Shown in pieces: positions 9,587 to 18,699 of a stretch of DNA of 64,000 bases; position 1 is the first letter of the stretch; each line of letters begins with the position of its first letter. The stretch is from NCBI GenBank assembly GCA_028699255.1, contig JAQVUX010000001.1, positions 228,733-292,732 on the forward strand, in the 5' to 3' direction. Made by a program: the position numbers and the translations under genes. The stretch comes from Candidatus Omnitrophota bacterium (GTDB lineage Bacteria > Omnitrophota > Gorgyraeia > 2-01-FULL-45-10). The notes beneath the pieces are model-generated. The model was not told the origin of the DNA. It was given only the letters and a program-made list of their open reading frames with translations, and did not search any database.

Positions 9587-10704
9587 TTTTCAAGTTTTGC
9601 TATAATTGCGTCTGTCATCTGACGCGTACCGACAGCCGTGGGATCGTTTCTGTCCATCTTAAGATCGTAGGTTACCGACTTGCCTTCCGCAATGACCAGC
9701 GCCACAGCCTTTTCCAATCTTGCGGACGCTTTCTCCTCGCCCATATATTTAAGCATCATTACGCACGAGAGCAGGATGGCCACCGGGTTGACTTTGTTCA
9801 AGCCTTTGTATTTCGGCGCACTTCCGTGAGTCGGCTCAAAAAGCGCTATATCCGTTCCGATGTTGCCTCCCGGCGCGATACCCAACCCGCCTATAAGGCC
9901 GGCGCACAGGTCCGAGATAATATCGCCGTAAAGATTCGGCAGGACGAGCACATCGTAGTCCTCCGGCTTCTGGACTAATTGCATGCACATATTATCAACT
10001 ATCCTGTCCTCGAACGCGATCCGCCCCTCGTAGGATTTCGCGACCTCCCTGGCAACTTCGAGAAATAACCCATCGGTGAACTTCATTATATTCGCCTTGT
10101 GCACAGCCGTCACCTTCTTGCGGTTATTCGCAAGCGCGTACTCGAACGCGAACTTCACTATCCTCCTCGACCCTTCCACGGAAATGGGCTTTATGCTTAT
10201 CGCGGAGTCTTCGCGAATCTTCTTTTTACTTAAGGCTTCGATAAGCTCTATCAGCGTATGAACGTCCTTAGTGCCCTTTTGAAACTCGATACCTGCATAC
10301 AGGTCTTCGGTATTCTCGCGGACTATCACAAGGTCTATGTCCGAATAACGTGAACGCACACCTTTGTACGATTTGCACGGCCTAAGGCACGCGTATAGAT
10401 CGAGCCTTTTGCGAAGCTCGACGTTGACACTGCGAAATCCCGTACCGACAGGGGTCGTGATCGGCCCCTTCAAAGCGATCTTGTTTTTCTTTACCGATTC
10501 GATAACGCTTTCCGGTAACGGCGTTTTGTATTTTTCGATAGCGGACAAACCCGCATCGACCTCATCCCATGTTATGTCAAGCCCCAAAGCGGCGACGCAT
10601 CGCTTTACCGATTCGGCAAGCTCGGGCCCTGTGCCATCACCGGGAATAAGCGTAATCCTATACTTTTTCAAAATTGAATCCCCCGTATTTTTTAAAATGT
10701 TCAA
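9583..10704 (-). CDS. Isocitrate/isopropylmalate dehydrogenase family enzyme (IDH-like substrate motif; could be LeuB, NAD-IDH or homoisocitrate DH)
   Basis: ITLIPGDGTGPEL, NLYGDIISDLCAGLIGGLGIAPGGNIG and RSVNVELRKRLDLYACLRP (an S-x-N motif of isocitrate type). The 5' end overlaps leuD-like by 47 nt, so the true start may be an alternative codon downstream. Confidence 0.8.
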   Translation of the reverse strand: MNILKNTGDSILKKYRITLIPGDGTGPELAESVKRCVAALGLDITWDEVDAGLSAIEKYKTPLPESVIESVKKNKIALKGPITTPVGTGFRSVNVELRKRLDLYACLRPCKSYKGVRSRYSDIDLVIVRENTEDLYAGIEFQKGTKDVHTLIELIEALSKKKIREDSAISIKPISVEGSRRIVKFAFEYALANNRKKVTAVHKANIMKFTDGLFLEVAREVAKSYEGRIAFEDRIVDNMCMQLVQKPEDYDVLVLPNLYGDIISDLCAGLIGGLGIAPGGNIGTDIALFEPTHGSAPKYKGLNKVNPVAILLSCVMMLKYMGEEKASARLEKAVALVIAEGKSVTYDLKMDRNDPTAVGTRQMTDAIIAKLEK

Positions 10705-11164
10705 CTACTCCGCCATCTTCTAAAAGTTTCTTCATCACGGCCGGCACAGGTTTTATATCAAACGTCAACCCCTTAGCCTTGTCTTTAAGCTTACCTTTTT
10801 CGATATCGAGCTCCAATTCATCGCCGTCGTCTATAAAATCGGTATCGCATTCGATGAGAAGGAGCCCTATATTAAACGCGTTACGGTAAAATATCCTCGC
10901 GAAACTCTTCGCGGCAACCGCATAGAATCCCGCCTGCTTGAGCGCCTGAGGCGCCTGTTCGCGCGACGAGCCACAACCGAAGTTCTCACCGGCTACGAGA
11001 ATATCACCCTTGGTAACTCTGGCGGCAAACTCAGGATCGATATCCGCGAAGATGTACTTCGCCAATTCTTTCGGATCCTGTATTTTGAACTTATACCGTC
11101 CGGAAATTACATAATCTGTATTTATGTTGTCCTGAACCTTCAAACGCCTCGCGAAATTTTTCAT
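10658..11164 (-). CDS. leuD: 3-isopropylmalate/homoaconitate dehydratase small subunit (short LeuD type, 168 aa)
   Basis: LeuD/aconitase swivel domain (GENFGCGSSREQAP). Confidence 0.8.
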   Translation of the reverse strand: MKNFARRLKVQDNINTDYVISGRYKFKIQDPKELAKYIFADIDPEFAARVTKGDILVAGENFGCGSSREQAPQALKQAGFYAVAAKSFARIFYRNAFNIGLLLIECDTDFIDDGDELELDIEKGKLKDKAKGLTFDIKPVPAVMKKLLEDGGVVEHFKKYGGFNFEKV

Positions 11165-11202
11165 CTCACACCTTCCAGCATATACGGTTGCTTTTTACCT
11201 TT

Positions 11203-11240
11203 CAACCTACGCGGTTGCATTTATGCAACCGCGTAGGTTG
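11203..11240. repeat. 38-bp perfect palindrome (18-bp arms) in the leuC-like/leuD-like intergenic spacer
   Basis: CAACCTACGCGGTTGCAT tt ATGCAACCGCGTAGGTTG followed by TTTGGTTTTT on the plus strand. Seen directly. Confidence 0.6.
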
Positions 11241-11248
11241 TTTGGTTT

Positions 11249-12511
11249 TTATAATTTCTTTCTAAACTCCCTCGGATCAGTTATCCGGCCCGTCAACGCC
11301 GATGCGGCTACCGTAGCCGGCGAACCGAGATAAATAAATGAATTCGGGTTTCCCATTCTTCCCTTAAAATTCCTGTTGGCGGTCGATATGGCTACTTCGC
11401 CGTCGGCAAGAACGCCGTTATGCGTGCCGACGCACGGCCCGCAACCCGGAGCGACCACCGTACAGCCGGATTTTACAAATATATCTATAAGCCCCTTTTT
11501 CGCCGCCTCGAGAAATATCTCACGCGACGCCGGCGCGACTATAAACCTCACCTCCGGATGAATACTCTTGCCCTTTAATATCTTCGCGGCGACTTCCAGG
11601 TCCTCGAACCTGCCATTGGTGCACGTGCCTACGAACGCTTGATTTATCTTTACACCGGAAAGTTCCGCCGCATCCGATACGTTATCGACCGCGTGCGGCT
11701 TCGCGACTTGCGGAGCGAGTTTCGAAACGTCATACGTTTTAACCGCGATGTATTTCGCGTCCGCGTCCGCTGAGACAGGGCGGGGCGTTTTGGAAGACTT
11801 CTCCTTAACCCATTTCAGTGTCTTTTCATCCGCTTCCATAAGGCCCACTTTGGCGCCCATCTCGACGACCATATTCGACATAGTAAGGCGCGCGTCGACG
11901 CTCATCGAGGATATCGCCTCCCCGTAAAACTCAACCGAGCGGTAAGTCGCGCCGTTCGAGCCGATATCTTTTATGATGTGCAATATAACGTCTTTCGAGT
12001 AAACACCTTTGGGAAGCTTACCATTTACAATGACCTTCATCGTATCCGGTACACGGAACCAGTTCCTGCCACTCGCCAGAGTTATAGCCAAGTCGGTCGA
12101 GCCAACACCGGTAGAAAATACGTTTATCGCGCCGTAGGTACAGGTATGTGAATCGGCCCCGAGCACAAGGTCGCCGCAGGTTACGTGGCCTTTCTGAGGA
12201 ACAAGCTGATGGCACACACCGCAACCGATATCGTACATCTTAACATCGAGCAACTTGGCGAAGCCCCGCATCTTTTTATGTATCTCGGACACGCCTATGT
12301 TGGGACTGGGCGCCGAGTGGTCTATTATCATGTAAAATTTCGATTTGTCGAACGCCTTCTGAACGCCGAGCTTTTTAAAACTGTCGATTATTATCGAACT
12401 CGTACCATCCTGGCCGAAACAGAAATCGACGTTGCAAATCGCTATGTCGCCCGCCTTCAGATCCCTGCCGGCATGATTTGATAATATCTTTTCCGCAATA
12501 GTCTTACCCAT
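11249..12511 (-). CDS. leuC: 3-isopropylmalate/homoaconitate dehydratase large subunit
   Basis: Aconitase-family Fe-S ligands (GVCHQ, GTCTNGR, CGPCVG), 420 aa. Confidence 0.85.
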   Translation of the reverse strand: MGKTIAEKILSNHAGRDLKAGDIAICNVDFCFGQDGTSSIIIDSFKKLGVQKAFDKSKFYMIIDHSAPSPNIGVSEIHKKMRGFAKLLDVKMYDIGCGVCHQLVPQKGHVTCGDLVLGADSHTCTYGAINVFSTGVGSTDLAITLASGRNWFRVPDTMKVIVNGKLPKGVYSKDVILHIIKDIGSNGATYRSVEFYGEAISSMSVDARLTMSNMVVEMGAKVGLMEADEKTLKWVKEKSSKTPRPVSADADAKYIAVKTYDVSKLAPQVAKPHAVDNVSDAAELSGVKINQAFVGTCTNGRFEDLEVAAKILKGKSIHPEVRFIVAPASREIFLEAAKKGLIDIFVKSGCTVVAPGCGPCVGTHNGVLADGEVAISTANRNFKGRMGNPNSFIYLGSPATVAASALTGRITDPREFRKKL

Positions 12512-13670
12512 TTTTTTTAACCCACTCCTCTATTTTATCCATACCCTTCTTTATCGAGTTCATGCTCGTCGCGAAACTGAACCGCACAACCAAATCGTCC
12601 CCGAACGGCTCGCCCGGTATTACGGCAACCTGCGCCTCGTCGAGCAAACGGTTGGCCGCAGTCACCGAACCCATCTTAAGCTTTGACACGTCGCAGAGCA
12701 CATAGAACGCGCCCTCCGGACTCGTGCACGACAGCTTCCCTATGCCCGCTATCCTCGACACCATATAGTCGCGCCTCTTCCCGAACTCAACGCGCATCTC
12801 TTCGACGCATCTCTGGTCGCCGGTGATCGCTGTAAGCGCCGCCTTCTGGCTGATCGAACACGGATTGGAGGAGGCGTGGCTCTGCAGATTGGCTACCGCT
12901 TTCATTATCCGGTCGGGACCGGCCGCGTAACCGATGCGCCAGCCTGTCATCGAGTAACTCTTCGACAGTCCGTTGACCGTGATGGTACGCTCGTATATGT
13001 CTTTGCCGAGCGAGGCTATCGATACATGTTTAGCTCCGCCATAGATAAGCTTTTCATATATCTCATCGCTTATAACATAAAAATCGTTAGCCACAGCCAG
13101 CTTCGCGACAATCTTTAATTCCTCCGGCGAATATACCGACCCGGTGGGATTGGAAGGGCTATTCAGGACAAAACATTTCGTCTTCTTTGTGATCTTCGCG
13201 GCAATTTCTTTTTCGGTGGCTTTAAAATTGTTCTTCGCCGAGCTGTTTATTATTACAGGGGTGGCCGAGGCCATTTTTACCATGGCCGGATAGCTCAACC
13301 AGTAAGGCGCCGGTATCAGGACTTCATCGCCTTCTTCGCACAGTACCTGGAAAATATTGTTGAGAGAATGTTTCGCACCGTTTGAAACGACTATCTGTCC
13401 GGGATCATATTCGAGAGCGTTATCATTTTTGAATTTACGCGATATCGCCTCACGGAGTTCCTGCATGCCGCTTGATGGCGTGTACTTGGTAAAACCGGTT
13501 TTTATCGCCTCCATGGCGGCGGCTTTTATATGCGCGGGGGTGTCAAAATCGGGCTCCCCGGCCGCAAAATTAACCACATCGATACCTTCCTTGACCATCT
13601 TTTTCGCTTTGGAAGTTATCTGCAGAGTCACCGACTCCGCTATATCAGACACTCTTTTAGCCAGCTTCAT
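12504..13670 (-). CDS. Class I (aspartate-type) pyridoxal-phosphate aminotransferase
   Basis: SNGAKHSL and LSKSYSMTGWRIGYAAG (PLP lysine context), 388 aa. Confidence 0.8.
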   Translation of the reverse strand: MKLAKRVSDIAESVTLQITSKAKKMVKEGIDVVNFAAGEPDFDTPAHIKAAAMEAIKTGFTKYTPSSGMQELREAISRKFKNDNALEYDPGQIVVSNGAKHSLNNIFQVLCEEGDEVLIPAPYWLSYPAMVKMASATPVIINSSAKNNFKATEKEIAAKITKKTKCFVLNSPSNPTGSVYSPEELKIVAKLAVANDFYVISDEIYEKLIYGGAKHVSIASLGKDIYERTITVNGLSKSYSMTGWRIGYAAGPDRIMKAVANLQSHASSNPCSISQKAALTAITGDQRCVEEMRVEFGKRRDYMVSRIAGIGKLSCTSPEGAFYVLCDVSKLKMGSVTAANRLLDEAQVAVIPGEPFGDDLVVRFSFATSMNSIKKGMDKIEEWVKKNG

Positions 13671-13699
13671 TACATCTCCTCATAATTAATAGTAGTCAT

Positions 13700-13727
13700 A
13701 TTATAGTATAAAATCGGCATTTCGCAA
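13700..13727 (-). promoter_or_regulatory. Putative sigma70 promoter (-35 TTGCGA, 16 nt spacer, -10 TATAAT) upstream of the aminotransferase cluster
   Basis: Minus-sense sequence TTGCGAaatgccgattttatacTATAAT. Confidence 0.4.
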
Positions 13728-13773
13728 GAGGAAAAATGGTGGCACGGGAGGAGTTTGAGCTCGAAGATGAATA

Positions 13774-13818
13774 AACCAATTCGACCTCCGAGGTCGCACC
13801 TCCGAGGTCGAATTGGTT
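13774..13818 (-). terminator. Hairpin downstream of rplQ (end of the alpha operon)
   Basis: AACCAATTCGA CCTCCGAGGTCG ca CCTCCGAGGTCG AATTGGTT has inverted outer arms and a tandem inner 12-mer. Weak T-run follows. Confidence 0.4.
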
Positions 13819-13842
13819 ACTCTCCACAAGATCTGATTTATA

Positions 13843-14475
13843 TTAGAAGTCGCCGCGCTTGCGAAAGAATCCGCGGACATTTTTCATGAAACCTTTATTG
13901 TCGGCGAGTTTCTTATCTTCGCTTCTCGCTTTTTCCGCGCGTTTTTCTTCGTCTAATGTCGGCTTCGTCTTCTGTATCGTCTTCGCCTTCGGCTCTTTGT
14001 GCTTTTCTTCCTTAGGCGCTTCCGACGCTTTCGACAGGTCTTCCTTCTTCGTTTCTGCCACTGGCTTACCAGTCTCTTCCGTCTTTGCCTTTTTCTTCTT
14101 TGGAAGCTTCTCGACGATCTTTTTATCCGTGAGTTCCAGGAAGCACATGCTCGCGCCGTCACCTCTTCTAAAGCCTAAAGGTATGATCCGCGTGTACCCG
14201 CTTGTGCGGCTTTTGCAAAGCGGCACTATCTCTTTAAAAAGCTTACCGACGAGATCCCGGTCCTGCAGGATCGCGTATGCGCGACGCCTGGCGTCGACGG
14301 TATCGGTCTTTGCCAGCGTTATCAGATGCTCCGCCAGGCGTCTTACTTCTTTTGCCCTGGCAGTTATCATATTTATCCTCTGGTACTTAAACAAGCTTGT
14401 TACCATACTCTTAAGGGCCGCCTTTCGGTGGCTCGTCTTCATGCTCAGTTTTGAACGGCTCTGTCTGTGTCTCAT
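13843..14475 (-). CDS. rplQ: 50S ribosomal protein L17 with about 90-aa K/E-rich C-terminal extension
   Basis: MRHRQSRSKLSMKTSHRKAALKSM L17 N-terminus. 210 aa total versus the usual ~120. Confidence 0.9.
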   Translation of the reverse strand: MRHRQSRSKLSMKTSHRKAALKSMVTSLFKYQRINMITARAKEVRRLAEHLITLAKTDTVDARRRAYAILQDRDLVGKLFKEIVPLCKSRTSGYTRIIPLGFRRGDGASMCFLELTDKKIVEKLPKKKKAKTEETGKPVAETKKEDLSKASEAPKEEKHKEPKAKTIQKTKPTLDEEKRAEKARSEDKKLADNKGFMKNVRGFFRKRGDF

Positions 14476-14476
14476 A

Positions 14477-15478
14477 TTACTCCGACTCTTCCTTCTTTGA
14501 TTTGGAGCCTTTCTCGTCGGACTTCATGCCGAGGGCGAGCCCCATACCAACAAGTATCTTATTGATCTCGGCAAGCGATTTCTTACCGAAATTCCTGTAC
14601 TTTAACATCTCCAGTTCCGAACGCCTTACGAGATCACCGATCGTCTTTATCCTGGCTTCTCTTAAGCAATTGGAACTTCTGACCGAGAGCTCAAGCTCCG
14701 ATATCGGTATCTTCAATTTATCGTTAAATTGCTTCTGTTCTTCCGTCTCCACCGGCGCCTCTTCCTCTTCAGGAAGTTTGCCAAACCCGACGAATATATC
14801 AAGGTGTCTTTGCAGGATGTTTGACGCGTAGAGCAACGCCTCTTTCGGCTCGATCGAACCGTTTGTCGTTATCTCAAGTATCACCTTATCGTAATCCGTT
14901 ATCTGGCCGACCCTGGTATTCTCGACGAAGAAATTCACTTTTACGACCGGCGTAAATATTGAATCGACCGCTATTACCCCTATCGACTGTCCCTCTTTCT
15001 TATTCCTCTCGGCCGGTACATAACCTCTGCCCCTGGCCACTTCGAGCTCCATCTTAAAAGGAACGTTCTTCGTCAACGTGGCGATGTGAAGATCGGGGTT
15101 GACTATTTCAACCGTTTCATCGACCTTGATGTCTTTAGCTGTTATCTCGCCCTTCTTGTCCACATCGATCATCATAGGTTTTGGTATTTTGAAATGTGAC
15201 TTTAGGATAAGCTTCTTTATATTCAATATTATCTGTGGAACATCTTCTACCACACCGTTTATAGCGGAAAACTCGTGATGTACTCCCGCGATCTTTATGC
15301 TCGTAACAGCCGTGCCTTCTATAGAAGATATCAAAACCCTCCTAAGGCTGTTGCCGATCGTTACACCGTAACCGCGCTCAAAAGGTTCGGCCACGAATTT
15401 GCCGTATGTCGGTGTATATGTCGATTCGTCAAGTACTAATTTTTTAGGCATCTCGAAATTCTTCATACTTATACCCAT
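14477..15478 (-). CDS. rpoA: DNA-directed RNA polymerase subunit alpha
   Basis: 333 aa with conserved alpha N-terminal and C-terminal domains. Positioned after S4/S11/S13. Confidence 0.95.
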   Translation of the reverse strand: MGISMKNFEMPKKLVLDESTYTPTYGKFVAEPFERGYGVTIGNSLRRVLISSIEGTAVTSIKIAGVHHEFSAINGVVEDVPQIILNIKKLILKSHFKIPKPMMIDVDKKGEITAKDIKVDETVEIVNPDLHIATLTKNVPFKMELEVARGRGYVPAERNKKEGQSIGVIAVDSIFTPVVKVNFFVENTRVGQITDYDKVILEITTNGSIEPKEALLYASNILQRHLDIFVGFGKLPEEEEAPVETEEQKQFNDKLKIPISELELSVRSSNCLREARIKTIGDLVRRSELEMLKYRNFGKKSLAEINKILVGMGLALGMKSDEKGSKSKKEESE

Positions 15479-15513
15479 ATCGCGCTCCTCCAGTATATGC
15501 TTACGCTATCGCG

Positions 15514-16140
15514 TTATTTCGAATACAACTCAACAATAAGCTGTTCCTGTATCGGGAAACCCACATCTTCTTTGGTAGGCATAGCCGTTATCTTGCATTT
15601 AAAATTCTTAGGGTCGATCTCTATCCACTTGGGGATAGTCCGCCCCTTCAGCGCCTCAAACGTCTCCGCCAACCGCTTTGCGGCAGGTTCTTTCATCTTT
15701 ACTGAAACTTCCTGCCCCGCCTTGACAACATACGCGGGTATATCCACTCGCTTGCCGTTGACACGCGCCAGTCCATGCTGGACTATCTGTCGCGCTTCGG
15801 CTCTTGAGTTCGCTAAATTCATCCTAAAAATAACGTTGTCGAGCCTTCTTTCCAAAAGTTGTAAGAGAGTTATACCTGTTACACCTTTCGAGCGTTCCGC
15901 TATTCTGAAATAATGTTTGAACTGCCGCTCGAGAACACCGTAAATCCTTTTAACTTTCTGTTTTTCTCTCAGCTGAATGCCGTAGTTCGACTCTTTCTTT
16001 CTCGCCTGGCCGTGCTGGCCCGGAGCAAAGTCCCTGCGCGACAAAGCGCACTTCTCGCCGTTGCACCTGGAACCTTTCAGGAAGAGCTTTATGCCTTCCC
16101 GTCTGCAAAGCCTGCATGATGGGCCTGTATACCTCGCCAT
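15514..16140 (-). CDS. rpsD: 30S ribosomal protein S4
   Basis: [16 protein letters not shown]. Start codon overlaps the rpsK stop (ATGA). Confidence 0.9.
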   Translation of the reverse strand: MARYTGPSCRLCRREGIKLFLKGSRCNGEKCALSRRDFAPGQHGQARKKESNYGIQLREKQKVKRIYGVLERQFKHYFRIAERSKGVTGITLLQLLERRLDNVIFRMNLANSRAEARQIVQHGLARVNGKRVDIPAYVVKAGQEVSVKMKEPAAKRLAETFEALKGRTIPKWIEIDPKNFKCKITAMPTKEDVGFPIQEQLIVELYSK

Positions 16141-16538
16141 TACACTCTCCTTCGCTTCTCTGGGCGGCAACCGTTATGTGGTATCGGGGTAACATCCCTG
16201 ATAGACCTTATGGTCAGCCCCGCCGCCTGTATGGACCTGATCGCCGATTCTCTGCCGGCGCCCGGACCTTTAACGTATACTTCAACCTCTTTAACTCCGC
16301 GTTCCGCGGCCTTACGCGCGGCGTTCTCTGCCGCTATACCCGCCGCGAACGGCGTAGATTTTTTCGAACCTTTAAAACCTGCGCTTCCCGTAGATGCCCA
16401 CGTCAGCGTATTGCCTTCTTTATCAGTGATCGTCACAATAGTATTATTGAACGTGGCAAGTATGCGGGCTATGCCGCTGGTAACTACGCGTATCGCTTTT
16501 TTGGACTTTTTAGGTTTACTTTTTTTCTGCTGTTCCAC
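16140..16538 (-). CDS. rpsK: 30S ribosomal protein S11
   Basis: [12 protein letters not shown]...[11 protein letters not shown]. Confidence 0.9.
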   Translation of the reverse strand: MEQQKKSKPKKSKKAIRVVTSGIARILATFNNTIVTITDKEGNTLTWASTGSAGFKGSKKSTPFAAGIAAENAARKAAERGVKEVEVYVKGPGAGRESAIRSIQAAGLTIRSIRDVTPIPHNGCRPEKRRRV

Positions 16539-16929
16539 TATCTTTCACGGTCCTTTCTGCCTTTTGCCTTATTACGCCCACCGTCTTCCTCGGGCCTTTT
16601 CTCGTTCTGGCATTGGTCTTGGTTCTCTGCCCTCTAACGGGCAAGCCGCGCCTGTGCCTCAAACCTCTATAACTACCGACATCGATGAGCCTTTTTATAT
16701 TCGCCGATATATCGCGTCTCAGATCACCCTCAACCCTATAATCCTTCTGTATGACGGATGAAAGGCGCGCTATCTCTTCTTCTGTAAGATCCTTCGCGCG
16801 CTTATCGGGATTGATATTCGCTATCTTGAGTATCTTGTTCGAAAGCGGCCGACCTATCCCATATATATAAGTCAGGGATATTTCCACCCTCTTTTCCTTC
16901 GGTATGTCTACACCAACTAATCTCGGCAC
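16516..16929 (-). CDS. rpsM: 30S ribosomal protein S13
   Basis: [26 protein letters not shown]. Confidence 0.9.
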   Translation of the reverse strand: MPRLVGVDIPKEKRVEISLTYIYGIGRPLSNKILKIANINPDKRAKDLTEEEIARLSSVIQKDYRVEGDLRRDISANIKRLIDVGSYRGLRHRRGLPVRGQRTKTNARTRKGPRKTVGVIRQKAERTVKDSGTAEKK

Positions 16930-16943
16930 TTAAAACCTCCTGG

Positions 16944-17057
16944 TCATCCCTGTCTCTGTTTATGTTTCGGATTGGCGCATATTATCATAAGCGTGCCCTT
17001 GCGGCGCACAACCTTACACTTCGGGCAAATCTTTCGTATACTTGAACGTACTTTCAT
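16944..17057 (-). CDS. rpmJ: 50S ribosomal protein L36 (37 aa; below the ORF-track size cutoff)
   Basis: Hand translation gives [37 protein letters not shown] with stop TGA. Sits between infA and rpsM as expected. Confidence 0.85.
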   Translation of the reverse strand: MKVRSSIRKICPKCKVVRRKGTLMIICANPKHKQRQG

Positions 17058-17059
17058 AT

Positions 17060-17281
17060 TTATTTCTCTCTCCGGGTTATCCTTCCCCTGGAAAGGTCAT
17101 AGGGGGACAACTCCAATGTTACCGTGTCGCCGGGCAGTATCCGTATAAAATTCATTCTCATCTTGCCCGATACGTGAGCGAGCACTTTATGACCGTTGGG
17201 GAGTTCCACCCTAAACATCGCATTGGGTAGCGTCTCCAACACCTTTCCTTCAACGACTATCGCTTCTTCTTTTGGGCTCAT
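17060..17281 (-). CDS. infA: Translation initiation factor IF-1
   Basis: [30 protein letters not shown]. Confidence 0.9.
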   Translation of the reverse strand: MSPKEEAIVVEGKVLETLPNAMFRVELPNGHKVLAHVSGKMRMNFIRILPGDTVTLELSPYDLSRGRITRREK

Positions 17282-17284
17282 ATT

Positions 17285-18028
17285 CTATTCCGTCAGGATC
17301 TGCGGGCCGTCTTTCGTTATCGCAACCGTATGTTCAAAATGGGCCGAAAGTTTCCTGTCTTTTGTTACTATAGACCATCCGTCGTCGAGCGATTCGACCT
17401 CAAATGAACCGGCATTGACCATGGGCTCTATCGCCAACACCATCCCCGGTTCAAGCACCGGACCCATCCCCGGTTTGCCGAAATTCGGCACCTCGGGATC
17501 TTCATGGACGTTCGTCCCTATTCCGTGCCCGACAAGAGCGCGCACTACGCTGAAACCATTCGTCTCCACAAACTGCTGTATTGCGCAGGACATATCGGTC
17601 AGATGAACACCTGCCCGGGCCTTCTCGATTCCTATATAAAGAGCTTTCTTTGTTACATCTATAAGCTTACGGGCCGTATCGCTTATCTTGCCGACACCAA
17701 CCGTTATCGCGGCGTCCGCACAATAGTCCCTGAATCTTACGCCTATATCTATCGAAATTATATCGCCGATACGCAACTGCCTATCCGACGGTATACCATG
17801 TACTACGGTTTCATTTATCGAAGCACAAATATTGTTCGGGAACCCGTTGTAACCCTTAAATACCGGATAACCGTTACGCTTCAATATCTCATCGCGCGCT
17901 ATCGCATCGAGTTCTTCGGTGCTAACACCGGCTTTAGCCGCGGCGCCGACCTTCTCTAAAGTCTTTGCCAGTATCGCGCCCGCTTTTTTTATCTCTGCAA
18001 TCTCGTCTTTAGACCTTAAGACGATCAT
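17285..18028 (-). CDS. map: Methionine aminopeptidase type I
   Basis: 247 aa with metal-ligand context (DIGV..., HGIGTNVHE). Confidence 0.9.
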   Translation of the reverse strand: MIVLRSKDEIAEIKKAGAILAKTLEKVGAAAKAGVSTEELDAIARDEILKRNGYPVFKGYNGFPNNICASINETVVHGIPSDRQLRIGDIISIDIGVRFRDYCADAAITVGVGKISDTARKLIDVTKKALYIGIEKARAGVHLTDMSCAIQQFVETNGFSVVRALVGHGIGTNVHEDPEVPNFGKPGMGPVLEPGMVLAIEPMVNAGSFEVESLDDGWSIVTKDRKLSAHFEHTVAITKDGPQILTE

Positions 18029-18681
18029 GCAAGCTTGGCCTCGGCGAATATCTGCGCGAGAACTTTAAACAGCTCGCGCACTCCCAGGTCGCCCGACACC
18101 TTCTTCAGTATGCCTTGCTTCGTATAGTAATCGACGAGCGGCTTAGTCTGCTCTTCGTAAACCTTCAGTCTGTTCAAAACGGTCGCCTCATTATCATCCG
18201 GCCTCTGATAAAGCTGGGCGCCGCACTTATCGCATACGTTCGCTACCTTTGGAGGCATATTCTTTACGTGATAATTAAAACCGCAGGACTTGCATACCCT
18301 GCGCCCCGTAAGGCGCTCTATCGCGACGGCCGACGATGTTTGAAAATATACGACCATGTCAACACCGGACTTTATAGCCTTCAGCGCTTCGTCGAGACCT
18401 ATAGCCTGCTTTACCGTTCTTGGAAATCCGTCGAGAATAAAACCTTTTTTCGTGTCCGGGTTCTTCAGTCTTTCAGCGACTATACCGATAACTACTTCGT
18501 CAGGAACAAGTTCGCCCTTATCCATAAAAGACTTAGCCTTCAAACCCAGCGGCAAACCCGCTTTTACAGATTCCCTCAATATGTCGCCGGTGGAAATGTG
18601 CGGCACGCTGTAGCTTTTTGCCAGCTCAACGCTCTGTGTACCTTTTCCCGCTCCCGGAGGCCCTAATAATATAAGCTTCAA
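18025..18681 (-). CDS. adk: Adenylate kinase
   Basis: MKLILLGPPGAGKGTQ. LID domain with a C-x2-C...C-x2-C zinc motif. Confidence 0.9.
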   Translation of the reverse strand: MKLILLGPPGAGKGTQSVELAKSYSVPHISTGDILRESVKAGLPLGLKAKSFMDKGELVPDEVVIGIVAERLKNPDTKKGFILDGFPRTVKQAIGLDEALKAIKSGVDMVVYFQTSSAVAIERLTGRRVCKSCGFNYHVKNMPPKVANVCDKCGAQLYQRPDDNEATVLNRLKVYEEQTKPLVDYYTKQGILKKVSGDLGVRELFKVLAQIFAEAKLA

Positions 18682-18699
18682 AAATATCTCCTTAAACCT

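Noticed and set aside
13859-14500. 213-aa plus-strand ORF and Arg-rich 69-aa ORF overlapping rplQ
   Set aside because: They are antisense or alternate frames of the Lys/Glu-rich L17 tail. The L17 frame has the conserved N-terminus.
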